Positions 47,600 to 58,062 of a stretch of 64,000 nucleotides of DNA are shown here, piece after piece. Position 1 is the stretch's first letter. Every line of letters begins with the position of its first letter. Source of the stretch: Escherichia phage vB_Eco_ZCEC15; sequence record PQ871103.1; one strand, 5' to 3'. Below the pieces are notes generated by a model. It had not been told where the DNA came from. It made no database searches and was given only the letters and a program-made list of their open reading frames with translations. The translations under genes were made by a program, and so were the position numbers.

Positions 47600-47977
47600 T
47601 TAAATATCAAATTCGTTAAGAACTACATCAAAGATTGCTTCAAGATGCTCAGGTTTAGCTCTGTTACTCAGAATATGACGAATCCAAGTTTTAACCAGAA
47701 GCTTGCGATTAACGCCATTCCAGCAAGGATGAGTCCCTAAATCGCGTTGACGAAAATCATCATCCAAAGCGATTTTGAAGTTGGAACCTTCCATTGTGAT
47801 TGAAACCGTGATGCCATTTTCAAATCGCATATAAACGTAGTTAGGAGTCATATACTGTTCAATTTCGCATACTGATCCATTTTGATGTTTCCAAAGGCAA
47901 ATAGTATCAATAGAACCTGCAATACCATTAGAAACATATTTACGTTCAAAGTTGATGTAGTTCATTTTATTCTCCAA
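47600..47977 (-). CDS. hypothetical protein (30.x cluster)
   Basis: 125 aa; own early promoter upstream (47991-48030). Confidence 0.6.
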   Translation of the reverse strand: MENKMNYINFERKYVSNGIAGSIDTICLWKHQNGSVCEIEQYMTPNYVYMRFENGITVSITMEGSNFKIALDDDFRQRDLGTHPCWNGVNRKLLVKTWIRHILSNRAKPEHLEAIFDVVLNEFDI

Positions 47978-47990
47978 GATGTTTAATTGC

Positions 47991-48030
47991 GGTACAGGTA
48001 TATAATATCATATCCTGTACCAAAGTAAAC
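47991..48030 (-). promoter_or_regulatory. early promoter embedded in inverted repeat (PeSL-like)
   Basis: Minus strand GTTTACT-N16-TATTAT; -10 region enclosed by inverted repeat GGTACAGG/CCTGTACC. Confidence 0.7.
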
Positions 48031-48032
48031 AA

Positions 48033-48365
48033 TTATTTTACTACTTTCCAGTGCTGCATGTCAAGTTTACCAACTTTTTTCATCTTCTCAATTAAGCGTT
48101 CGGCACGTTGGCGAGCTGTAACATAATACCATTCACCCAATTCATTTTGTTCAATTTTTCCAACGATTACCGTATTCAATTCATAAATCCAACCAGTAAA
48201 GAAATTATGAACTTGAATTGTAAAGGTGAAATCTGTTCCCATACCTTCTGTTGTTTCTACTTCAATAATATCACCTTCAACTGCCATTAAGAACCACATA
48301 GTTTCATCATATTTACCGTTGAAGCATTTAGTTTTAACTGCAGCGTTCAGATTAATTGTTTTCAT
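48033..48365 (-). CDS. hypothetical protein (30.x cluster)
   Basis: 110 aa; own early promoter upstream (48374-48422). Confidence 0.6.
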   Translation of the reverse strand: MKTINLNAAVKTKCFNGKYDETMWFLMAVEGDIIEVETTEGMGTDFTFTIQVHNFFTGWIYELNTVIVGKIEQNELGEWYYVTARQRAERLIEKMKKVGKLDMQHWKVVK

Positions 48366-48373
48366 TTTATTCT

Positions 48374-48422
48374 CCTTTGTTTGTGTAAGATAATACTATC
48401 ACAAAGGAACCATACTGTAAAC
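48374..48422 (-). promoter_or_regulatory. early promoter embedded in inverted repeat (PeSL-like)
   Basis: Minus strand GTTTACA-N17-TAGTAT with flanking inverted repeat CCTTTGTG/CACAAAGG. Confidence 0.7.
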
Positions 48423-48440
48423 AACTTTGTGCAGTCTTTG

Positions 48441-48470
48441 GAAAATAAAAAAGGACTCCCGAAGGAGTCC
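48441..48470 (-). terminator. intrinsic terminator (GGACUCC-UUCG-GGAGUCC + U-run) after the 58-aa basic protein gene
   Basis: 7-bp stem with UUCG loop on minus strand followed by UUUUUUAUUUUCC. Confidence 0.75.
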
Positions 48471-48475
48471 TCAAC

Positions 48476-48652
48476 TTATGCTTTCTGCTTACCAAAACGA
48501 GAAGCATCATCTCGAAGAACCGCACGTGCTCGGCGCATGATCTTCTCAACAGTTTGATTGATACGAGAGTTCGACCCACGCTTGTAACCAGCGCGTTTAG
48601 AATCACCAACTTTCTTTTCAACTGCTTTCTTTGCTTTAGCTTGTTTTGCCAT
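48476..48652 (-). CDS. small basic protein (position of T4 30.9), 58 aa
   Basis: Second in-frame ATG gives MAKQAKAKKAVEKK...; Lys/Arg-rich; followed on minus strand by hairpin+U-run terminator. Confidence 0.6.
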   Translation of the reverse strand: MAKQAKAKKAVEKKVGDSKRAGYKRGSNSRINQTVEKIMRRARAVLRDDASRFGKQKA

Positions 48653-48846
48653 TATAAATTCTCTTTTAAATGAAAATGCAGGACTTATTGGCATTGCCTG
48701 CGCAAGCCCTCAAGGGGAACATAGGTTTTGAATATTTACCGACAGGATAACCATAAACCTCGTCAACATTCAAGAGGTACACCGTAAAACAAAGTTCGAC
48801 GGCTCCTCGATTTTAGCTCACACTAAGGCAGTGAATCTCCAATAAA

Positions 48847-49095
48847 TTACTTCAGTGTTACCACAAAGTGACGAACTGCTTTTCGTGCAGCAGAAGCCAG
48901 TGGCTTAGCATATTTAAGTTCATCTTTTTCCTGAAGCTCAGCAGCTAATGCAGTTTGAGCAGGATTCAGATGTTTGAAATAACGCAGGATTTCAAGAGCT
49001 TCGGCTTCAACATCAATAGATGCGCCATAGTTTTCGTGACCATTATTCCATGCGTTTCGTTGCAGTTCAAGAGCGTGTTGTAATTGTTTAATCAT
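48847..49095 (-). CDS. rIII: rIII lysis inhibition accessory protein
   Basis: 82 aa, same length as T4 RIII; position between 30.x cluster and gene 31. Confidence 0.85.
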   Translation of the reverse strand: MIKQLQHALELQRNAWNNGHENYGASIDVEAEALEILRYFKHLNPAQTALAAELQEKDELKYAKPLASAARKAVRHFVVTLK

Positions 49096-49221
49096 TTAAA
49101 AATTCTCGTTAGAGATTAAAACTCGGTAGTCACGTTCTTCTGAATTTCATCTTCTTTCGACAGATCTCTCAGTTGTAGACTACCACATAGAATTGAAACC
49201 CAATTCATATTATTATTTATA

Positions 49222-49557
49222 TCACTTATAAAGACACGGAATAGCTTTATAGTGACAGGTAACGAATTTTTGTTTAATTTCTTTTGGCTGCTTAAGACCC
49301 AGAGCTACAAAAGGATGCGGAACGTTTCGAATTTGACCAACTGGAAGAGAAGTCAAATCACCAACTTCGCAGAAACCTTCAGGAACATCAGGACCAACGG
49401 AGTGAACTACACACAGTTCAGGAACTTCACCTTGAACACGTTTACCGATAATAAGTCCTGATTCTGTAACTTCTTCATCACCGGCTTGTGCAGGTTCAGA
49501 AACTAAAATAACATATTCACCGACAGCACGAATTGGTAGCTGTTGTACTTCAGACAT
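49222..49557 (-). CDS. 31: co-chaperonin gp31 (GroES analogue)
   Basis: 111 aa, same as T4 gp31; N-terminus [19 protein letters not shown]; MotA-type middle promoter upstream. Confidence 0.93.
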
Positions 49558-49587
49558 CGTTTTTCCTTTTTGTTAACAGATGAATTA

Positions 49588-49612
49588 ATAATAACAAATA
49601 ATTCTTAAAGCA
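49588..49612 (-). promoter_or_regulatory. MotA-dependent middle promoter upstream of gene 31
   Basis: Minus strand AAATGCTTTA (MotA box) - 12 nt - TATTAT, about 30 nt upstream of gene 31 ATG. Confidence 0.6.
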
Positions 49613-49613
49613 T

Positions 49614-49922
49614 TTATTTACCAATAAATTGAAGCAAATGCTCAACTTTCATACCATTAACGGAAATCAATTTGTCAATAGAAAAACCTCGCCATGCACC
49701 AAGCTCAACATCAAATACTGGAACCATATCAGTAGATTCTTTCCGAGTAGATTCAGTCAATTTACCGGTTTGCATGGTTGGCATAAAATCGGCATCACGA
49801 GTACCTTTCATAGTACGAATAGTACCATCAGACTTTTCAAAAACTATGTTTGAAACCCCCATGGACAATTTAGTTTTCAAAATTTCACGAATTGCTACTT
49901 TTTGTTCAGTTGTCAGTTTCAT
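49614..49922 (-). CDS. hypothetical protein (position of T4 31.1)
   Basis: 102 aa. Confidence 0.6.
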   Translation of the reverse strand: MKLTTEQKVAIREILKTKLSMGVSNIVFEKSDGTIRTMKGTRDADFMPTMQTGKLTESTRKESTDMVPVFDVELGAWRGFSIDKLISVNGMKVEHLLQFIGK

Positions 49923-50159
49923 TTATTTACCTATTACAGTTTTAATATGGGTTGTTCCACGTTCTTTAAGAGTGGAAAGCAATTTTTGGCATTTTTCTAA
50001 ATCAGATTTCCAACTATACGGCCTATCAATACTAGTCCAATCAGTTTTATAATACTGTTTCCATTTAGAGAAAAAATACTTCTTATACTCTACAGCAAAT
50101 GAAATGTTCTCATTAGAATAAGAACTAATTGCTGTGAGCTGTACCAAACGAAATTTCAT
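49923..50159 (-). CDS. hypothetical protein (position of T4 31.2)
   Basis: 78 aa. Confidence 0.55.
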   Translation of the reverse strand: MKFRLVQLTAISSYSNENISFAVEYKKYFFSKWKQYYKTDWTSIDRPYSWKSDLEKCQKLLSTLKERGTTHIKTVIGK

Positions 50160-50740
50160 TATTCACCACAGAATTCGTTGATGTTTTCCCAGTTTAACTT
50201 ATTCAAGTTTTTCTTAGGAACATTAAACACTTCAATACCTGCATTTCGCAGAATATCATCCCAGCCAGGTTTATTTTTATCGTATGTTTCGCAATAAACC
50301 AGCTTTTTAATACCAGATTGAGCTATCGCTTTTGCACAATCTGGGCAAGGAGAAAGTGTTACATACATAGTAGCACCTTCAATTGAAGAACCGTTTCGTG
50401 CAGCAAACAAAATCGCATTTAGTTCAGCATGAATTTCATTTTTAGACGACCATTCAGAGTGCGCGCTACGGTGTTCTTTCGCCAAGACAAAACGATCAGT
50501 TGAACCAAATGATACGCATTCAGGCTTATGACCTTGAATGATAGTATGTTTAGGCTTATTCAGCAACCAACCTTGCTCAGCAGCATAATCACAGCAATTC
50601 ACACCACCTGCAGGTGAACCATTATATCCGGTAGAAATAATACGTCCATTCTTTTCAATTACTGCTCCTACCTTCCAGGAGCAACATTTTGATTCTTGCG
50701 ATACTAAATATGCAATTTGAAGTACTGTACTCGCTTTCAT
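50159..50740 (-). CDS. cd: dCMP deaminase
   Basis: 193 aa, same as T4 Cd; zinc-binding deaminase motifs HAELNAI and PCPDCAKAI. Confidence 0.95.
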   Translation of the reverse strand: MKASTVLQIAYLVSQESKCCSWKVGAVIEKNGRIISTGYNGSPAGGVNCCDYAAEQGWLLNKPKHTIIQGHKPECVSFGSTDRFVLAKEHRSAHSEWSSKNEIHAELNAILFAARNGSSIEGATMYVTLSPCPDCAKAIAQSGIKKLVYCETYDKNKPGWDDILRNAGIEVFNVPKKNLNKLNWENINEFCGE

Positions 50741-51075
50741 TTCATAATCACCAAATAAGCAGATTTAGCAGTTTCAACACGATAAATTTCGTGACGAAGT
50801 TTAGTTATACTTTTAATAACAGAACTAATTATATTCTGCCCATCTTTAAAGCGGTTTTTCTTATCAATAAAAATTGCGCCAACCATCTTTTTGTGAAGCT
50901 CAACTGGATACTTCGTCACAATAATAGCATCATACACAGAAGGATGAATACTATTCACTAGAGTATCATTCATTAAAGTTATTCTAATAAACTGTGCTGT
51001 TTCAGAGTCAAGCGCTCTATGATCGCCAGTATCATTTTCAAGACAATTATCAATTATATCAGTTAAATTCATCAT
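50737..51075 (-). CDS. hypothetical protein (cd.x cluster)
   Basis: 112 aa. Confidence 0.6.
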   Translation of the reverse strand: MMNLTDIIDNCLENDTGDHRALDSETAQFIRITLMNDTLVNSIHPSVYDAIIVTKYPVELHKKMVGAIFIDKKNRFKDGQNIISSVIKSITKLRHEIYRVETAKSAYLVIMK

Positions 51076-51308
51076 AGTACGCCATACACCCTTTGTGCTT
51101 CAACTAATCCATCAAAATCCAATTTGAGATGTGTTATTTGGTCACCATCACCTGGATTCACAATTACTAATACTGAACGAGGAGTTTCGGTAATAACGCG
51201 AACCGATGTTTCTGGAAATCGTTCAGAAACCTTATTTACCAATTCCTGAGCAAATAGTTTAACTTTTTCTTGGAATTCTTTAACAGTAATTGGTTTTTCG
51301 CTTAGCAT
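51072..51308 (-). CDS. hypothetical protein (cd.x cluster)
   Basis: 78 aa. Confidence 0.55.
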   Translation of the reverse strand: MLSEKPITVKEFQEKVKLFAQELVNKVSERFPETSVRVITETPRSVLVIVNPGDGDQITHLKLDFDGLVEAQRVYGVL

Positions 51309-51829
51309 GTTGATCCTAGCTCCTTACTTTCAACGTTTTTAACTAATTTGACAGAAACTAATTCAGCATCTCGAGTAATCATTACCGGGCCTTCTTCATA
51401 CTCTTCAAGATATTCTAGAGCTTTCTTTTTAGCTTCTTCCTTCGTATCAGTTTGAGCATAGATATAAAACATGCAACCAGTAATACCTACTACTTTCCAC
51501 TTAATTTCTTTATCAGTTTTAATTTCAAATTTACTGACAGAATCATCTTTTTGAACTTCTTCGAAAAAAGAATATTCTAACATATAAGCAATTGAAAATA
51601 ACGGGCTAACTTTATAAGATTCGCCCATTACATCAACAGCTTTATACCAGCAGTCATCAATTTCGCGTTTAATGCTAATAACATTTTTCGCAGGATCTAT
51701 TTTTACTTTAAATGAATTTTCCCCAATAAACTGGGCAATTCGTTTATTAGCCCCGCAAGTTTCATTAAAAATATCTTTATACCCAGCTTTAAAGCGATAA
51801 ACCTTATCTTCTTCAAACCATTCGCTCAT
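51302..51829 (-). CDS. hypothetical protein (cd.x cluster)
   Basis: 175 aa; own early promoter upstream (51851-51889). Confidence 0.6.
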   Translation of the reverse strand: MSEWFEEDKVYRFKAGYKDIFNETCGANKRIAQFIGENSFKVKIDPAKNVISIKREIDDCWYKAVDVMGESYKVSPLFSIAYMLEYSFFEEVQKDDSVSKFEIKTDKEIKWKVVGITGCMFYIYAQTDTKEEAKKKALEYLEEYEEGPVMITRDAELVSVKLVKNVESKELGSTC

Positions 51830-51850
51830 TTCAATTTCCTCATTTGTTTT

Positions 51851-51889
51851 GGTAGAGCTATAATATCACAACTCTACCGTAAAGTAAAC
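51851..51889 (-). promoter_or_regulatory. early promoter embedded in inverted repeat (PeSL-like)
   Basis: Minus strand GTTTACT-N17-TATTAT; -10 enclosed by GGTAGAG/CTCTACC inverted repeat. Confidence 0.7.
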
Positions 51890-51891
51890 TG

Positions 51892-52173
51892 TTAAATTGC
51901 TTTGAATTCTGATGTCTGTGATTCAAAGCGAATATCGCCTTTAATGACTAGCTCAGCATCAAGACCGAATACGACAATGATATGCGCAGAACCTGGATAC
52001 AGCGTAATGGCAATAGAATCCACCTGGTCTGGAAGCAAAGTGTTCAATACATGAGTCACTTGAGCATGAATTCGAAGCTCGGCTGCGTTATCAAGCTTTT
52101 CAAACATATTATTAGCGATAATTTGACTAAACACTACTTCTACGATTTTAGAATAAGTCGGAAACATATTCAC
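51892..52173 (-). CDS. hypothetical protein (cd.x cluster)
   Basis: 93 aa. Confidence 0.55.
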   Translation of the reverse strand: MNMFPTYSKIVEVVFSQIIANNMFEKLDNAAELRIHAQVTHVLNTLLPDQVDSIAITLYPGSAHIIVVFGLDAELVIKGDIRFESQTSEFKAI

Positions 52174-52362
52174 CCCACATAATTTTCTTCAAGCCAATTA
52201 ATAACATCCAACGCATTATCAAAAGTTGAACCATCTACTTTGTCTTCTGTTTCATAATCAAGAACATCTAAGCCTACTCTTCCATCAACAATAGGCCATA
52301 AACAAAATAGATATTTCTTTTCTTTTTCAATTTTATCACAAAGCCGATAAATCTTTTCTATG

Positions 52363-52370
<8 letters not shown>
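52170..52370 (-). CDS. hypothetical protein (cd.x cluster)
   Basis: 66 aa. Confidence 0.5.
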
Positions 52371-53785
<1,415 letters not shown>

Positions 53786-53788
53786 TTA

Positions 53789-54013
53789 TTATTTCTCAAC
53801 CAATGATTGAATATAATCATGCAGGTCTTTAGATGCTTTACCCCACTTATTTTGGTATTCATTTTTAAGATTAGCACGTGATTGAGCTAATAAAACATCA
53901 TTAGTTGGAGGTAAAGATTCTAATCGCTGAATCTGGCGTCCGTAAATCATTGCAGCCATCTCGGATTCATAAATCAATCCTTTGAGATGTTCAAATTGAT
54001 GCCATGAAATCAT
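53789..54013 (-). CDS. hypothetical protein (pseT.x cluster)
   Basis: 74 aa. Confidence 0.55.
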   Translation of the reverse strand: MISWHQFEHLKGLIYESEMAAMIYGRQIQRLESLPPTNDVLLAQSRANLKNEYQNKWGKASKDLHDYIQSLVEK

Positions 54014-54309
54014 TTACATTTATCCTCTTTTAACTCTTGACGATAATAACATATCATAGTTTTCTGATCATGTACATATCGTTTTACATCATTAAGCCAA
54101 ATACGAAATTCCTGGGAATCTTCGAATGGCATACCGACCCAAGCTTTACCATCAATAACTTTAACTTGCCAGGATAGTTTAGCTTCATCATATGACTTTA
54201 TTTGTACTGGCCAATTAGGATGAACTGTTTCTTTCTTTACTTCTAGAGGCTTTGTCGAACAACCAACTAGAAGACCAATAGATAATATTACTGCTGATAG
54301 TTTAATCAT
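54010..54309 (-). CDS. pseT.2: outer-membrane spanin (o-spanin) lipoprotein
   Basis: 99 aa; signal peptide with lipobox LLVGC at residues 13-17; C-terminal cysteines; immediately downstream of TM/coiled-coil partner; matches T4 PseT.2/PseT.3 spanin pair. Confidence 0.75.
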   Translation of the reverse strand: MIKLSAVILSIGLLVGCSTKPLEVKKETVHPNWPVQIKSYDEAKLSWQVKVIDGKAWVGMPFEDSQEFRIWLNDVKRYVHDQKTMICYYRQELKEDKCK

Positions 54310-54659
54310 TTAGAAAGGTCCTGGATGTCTTCTGCGAACTTGTTGAAGGAGTTGTTGATTTGTTTTTCAACCAATCCTGGCTTATGAGCCACCACATCCG
54401 CCTTCTTTGCGTCTTTGCGCAGTTTTTCATTTTCACGCTCAATAGCAGCAATTGCCTCACGATTTTTATTATTCATCGCATCAATATAATTATACTGAAT
54501 TCGCAAATTATTTAATGCTAAAGCGTTTTCATTGGCCGTTTTTGTAATTTCTACAACAGACGTTTCTAATCTTTCAATTTTATTTTTTAAAATTAAAGAA
54601 GTTCCGCCCAATGCAATTACAATTAATAGCAAACCTGTTGTCGTATTACTTAATTGCAT
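54306..54659 (-). CDS. pseT.3: inner-membrane spanin (i-spanin)
   Basis: 117 aa; N-terminal hydrophobic TM segment (GLLLIVIALGGTSLIL) followed by charged helical/coiled-coil domain. Confidence 0.75.
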   Translation of the reverse strand: MQLSNTTTGLLLIVIALGGTSLILKNKIERLETSVVEITKTANENALALNNLRIQYNYIDAMNNKNREAIAAIERENEKLRKDAKKADVVAHKPGLVEKQINNSFNKFAEDIQDLSK

Positions 54660-55153
54660 AAAGTTTTAATAACCTCTACAATATCGTCTTGAGAAAGACC
54701 GTTAATTAAAATATGATGTTCAGCCGGAGATTTAGAAATTTTAAAGCATGCCTCAACATCTTCTGCCATATCTGATGCACTACGATTTGGATTACTAATT
54801 CCAAGACGATGTTTTCCCGTTAAAGGATTAACGATGATATAGCATTTACAGTTGTTAATATGAACATTAGGTTGAGTCTGATTAATGAACACATCACAAT
54901 CATATTTCGCAAGCTGATTTTCTAAAAAGACTTTCATCTCCTCAACCGCATCAGGAAGCATATCACGGGCTTGCTCAAGACGACGATTTCGATATTCTTT
55001 AATGGTCGTTTTCCGCTTGACTTGCTTAGCTAAATCTTTCTTAAGATCGGTGATATATCCAACTCGACGATTTCCTTTAAATACAGAAATCCCATCTGTA
55101 GTATCACCGTATGCTTCAACGACCATCTCAGTAGTAATAAGCTGCAAATCCAT
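54650..55153 (-). CDS. alc: Alc, inhibitor of host transcription (elongation terminator on dC-DNA)
   Basis: 167 aa, same length as T4 Alc; early promoter cassette directly upstream. Confidence 0.85.
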   Translation of the reverse strand: MDLQLITTEMVVEAYGDTTDGISVFKGNRRVGYITDLKKDLAKQVKRKTTIKEYRNRRLEQARDMLPDAVEEMKVFLENQLAKYDCDVFINQTQPNVHINNCKCYIIVNPLTGKHRLGISNPNRSASDMAEDVEACFKISKSPAEHHILINGLSQDDIVEVIKTLCN

Positions 55154-55160
55154 TATAAAG

Positions 55161-55214
55161 TCCTCATGTTATGTCAGTAAGATTATTATAACACAACACG
55201 AGGGACTTGTAAAC
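55161..55214 (-). promoter_or_regulatory. early promoter cassette copy B, upstream of alc
   Basis: 54-nt exact copy of 39593-39646, including -35, -10 and leader through the ribosome-binding region. Confidence 0.8.
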
Positions 55215-55217
55215 AGC

Positions 55218-56805
<1,588 letters not shown>

Positions 56806-56812
56806 AATAAAA

Positions 56813-56828
56813 TGGGCCTTGCGGCCCA
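56813..56828 (-). terminator. GUGGGCC-GCAA-GGCCCAU hairpin between nrdB and denA
   Basis: 6-bp GC stem with GCAA (GNRA) loop on minus strand followed by U-rich tract. Confidence 0.65.
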
Positions 56829-56832
56829 CTCC

Positions 56833-58011
56833 TTAAAAATATTTTTTAAAACTCATCATAACTTTATCATCAACATCATTATCAATCTGTGCTACAAGAT
56901 AAGATGACAGTTCTACTTCTTGTGGCGCTGATTGAACATTATCAGAATTAAGATATTCACGAATCCAAGGATATGGATGTTTAACCGGAGCATCGGTAAT
57001 TGGGCATGGAAGACCACACTGTTTCATACGAGATACAGTTAAGTAATCAATAAAGCTCCACATGCTATTTGTATTTAATCCAGGAACATCGCCGTCTTTA
57101 AATAAATGAACTGCCCAGTCTTTTTCTTGGCGGTTAACTTCCATGAAAATATCAACTGCTTCTTGTTCACACTCTTGAGCAATTTTAACCCATTCATCAC
57201 CATCAGTGCCAAGTTGAAGTTGACGAATAATATATTGGGTGCCTTTAAGGTGAAGTTGCTCATCACGTGCAATGAACTTCATAATCTTGGCATTACCTTC
57301 CATGATTTCCATGTTCTTATGGAAGTTAAAGGTACATGCGAAAGATACGTAAAAACGAATAGCTTCTAAGGCATTAATAACGTGCAAACAGAGGTAAAGA
57401 GATTTCATTAAAGCACGTTTAGCTTCGGCTTCTTGTTTAATAGCTCGGTTTAAACGAAAGACAGCATCAGGAGATTCTTTAGCTAGTTCTACAAATTCTT
57501 TAGCATTTTCCCATTCACGGGTTTTAATCAGAACATCATCATAATAACGCCCAATGGATTCAGCACGTTTCATAATAGCTTCATCTAATACAATCTCATC
57601 AAATACCTTCGATGGATCAGTATAAAGATTTCGCATGATATGAGTATATGAACGACTGTGAATAGTTTCACTAAAAGTCCATGTAGCAACCCATGTATCA
57701 AGACTTGGGTCTGAAATTAATGACATAAGTACAGCAGACGGTGCACGACCCTGAATGCTATCCAAAAGTGATTGATACTTCAAGTTGTTAGTAAAAATAT
57801 TCTGCTGATACTGAGGAAGTTTATTAAATTGTGCAGCATCCATCATTAAGTTTACTTCTTCGGGACGCCAGAAAAATGATAATTGCTTTTCGGTTAAATC
57901 TTCAAAAACTTTATGACGTTGAATATCATAACGCGCAATACCAAGACCTGAACCAAAAAACATAGGTTCTTTTAAAACATCAACTGGATTTGTATTAAAA
58001 ACTGTGCTCAT
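56833..58011 (-). CDS. nrdB: ribonucleotide reductase small subunit (intron-less)
   Basis: 392 aa continuous ORF with di-iron/tyrosyl radical protein character; no intron interruption visible. Confidence 0.93.
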   Translation of the reverse strand: MSTVFNTNPVDVLKEPMFFGSGLGIARYDIQRHKVFEDLTEKQLSFFWRPEEVNLMMDAAQFNKLPQYQQNIFTNNLKYQSLLDSIQGRAPSAVLMSLISDPSLDTWVATWTFSETIHSRSYTHIMRNLYTDPSKVFDEIVLDEAIMKRAESIGRYYDDVLIKTREWENAKEFVELAKESPDAVFRLNRAIKQEAEAKRALMKSLYLCLHVINALEAIRFYVSFACTFNFHKNMEIMEGNAKIMKFIARDEQLHLKGTQYIIRQLQLGTDGDEWVKIAQECEQEAVDIFMEVNRQEKDWAVHLFKDGDVPGLNTNSMWSFIDYLTVSRMKQCGLPCPITDAPVKHPYPWIREYLNSDNVQSAPQEVELSSYLVAQIDNDVDDKVMMSFKKYF

Positions 58012-58062
58012 AAATTTTCCACTTAGTTAATAGTTGGTGACTCGTCCGTGAGTCAAATTATA

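Noticed and set aside
49629-50052. Plus-strand ORFs 49629-49853 and 49672-50052
   Set aside because: Antisense to the minus-strand operon downstream of gene 31; no signals.
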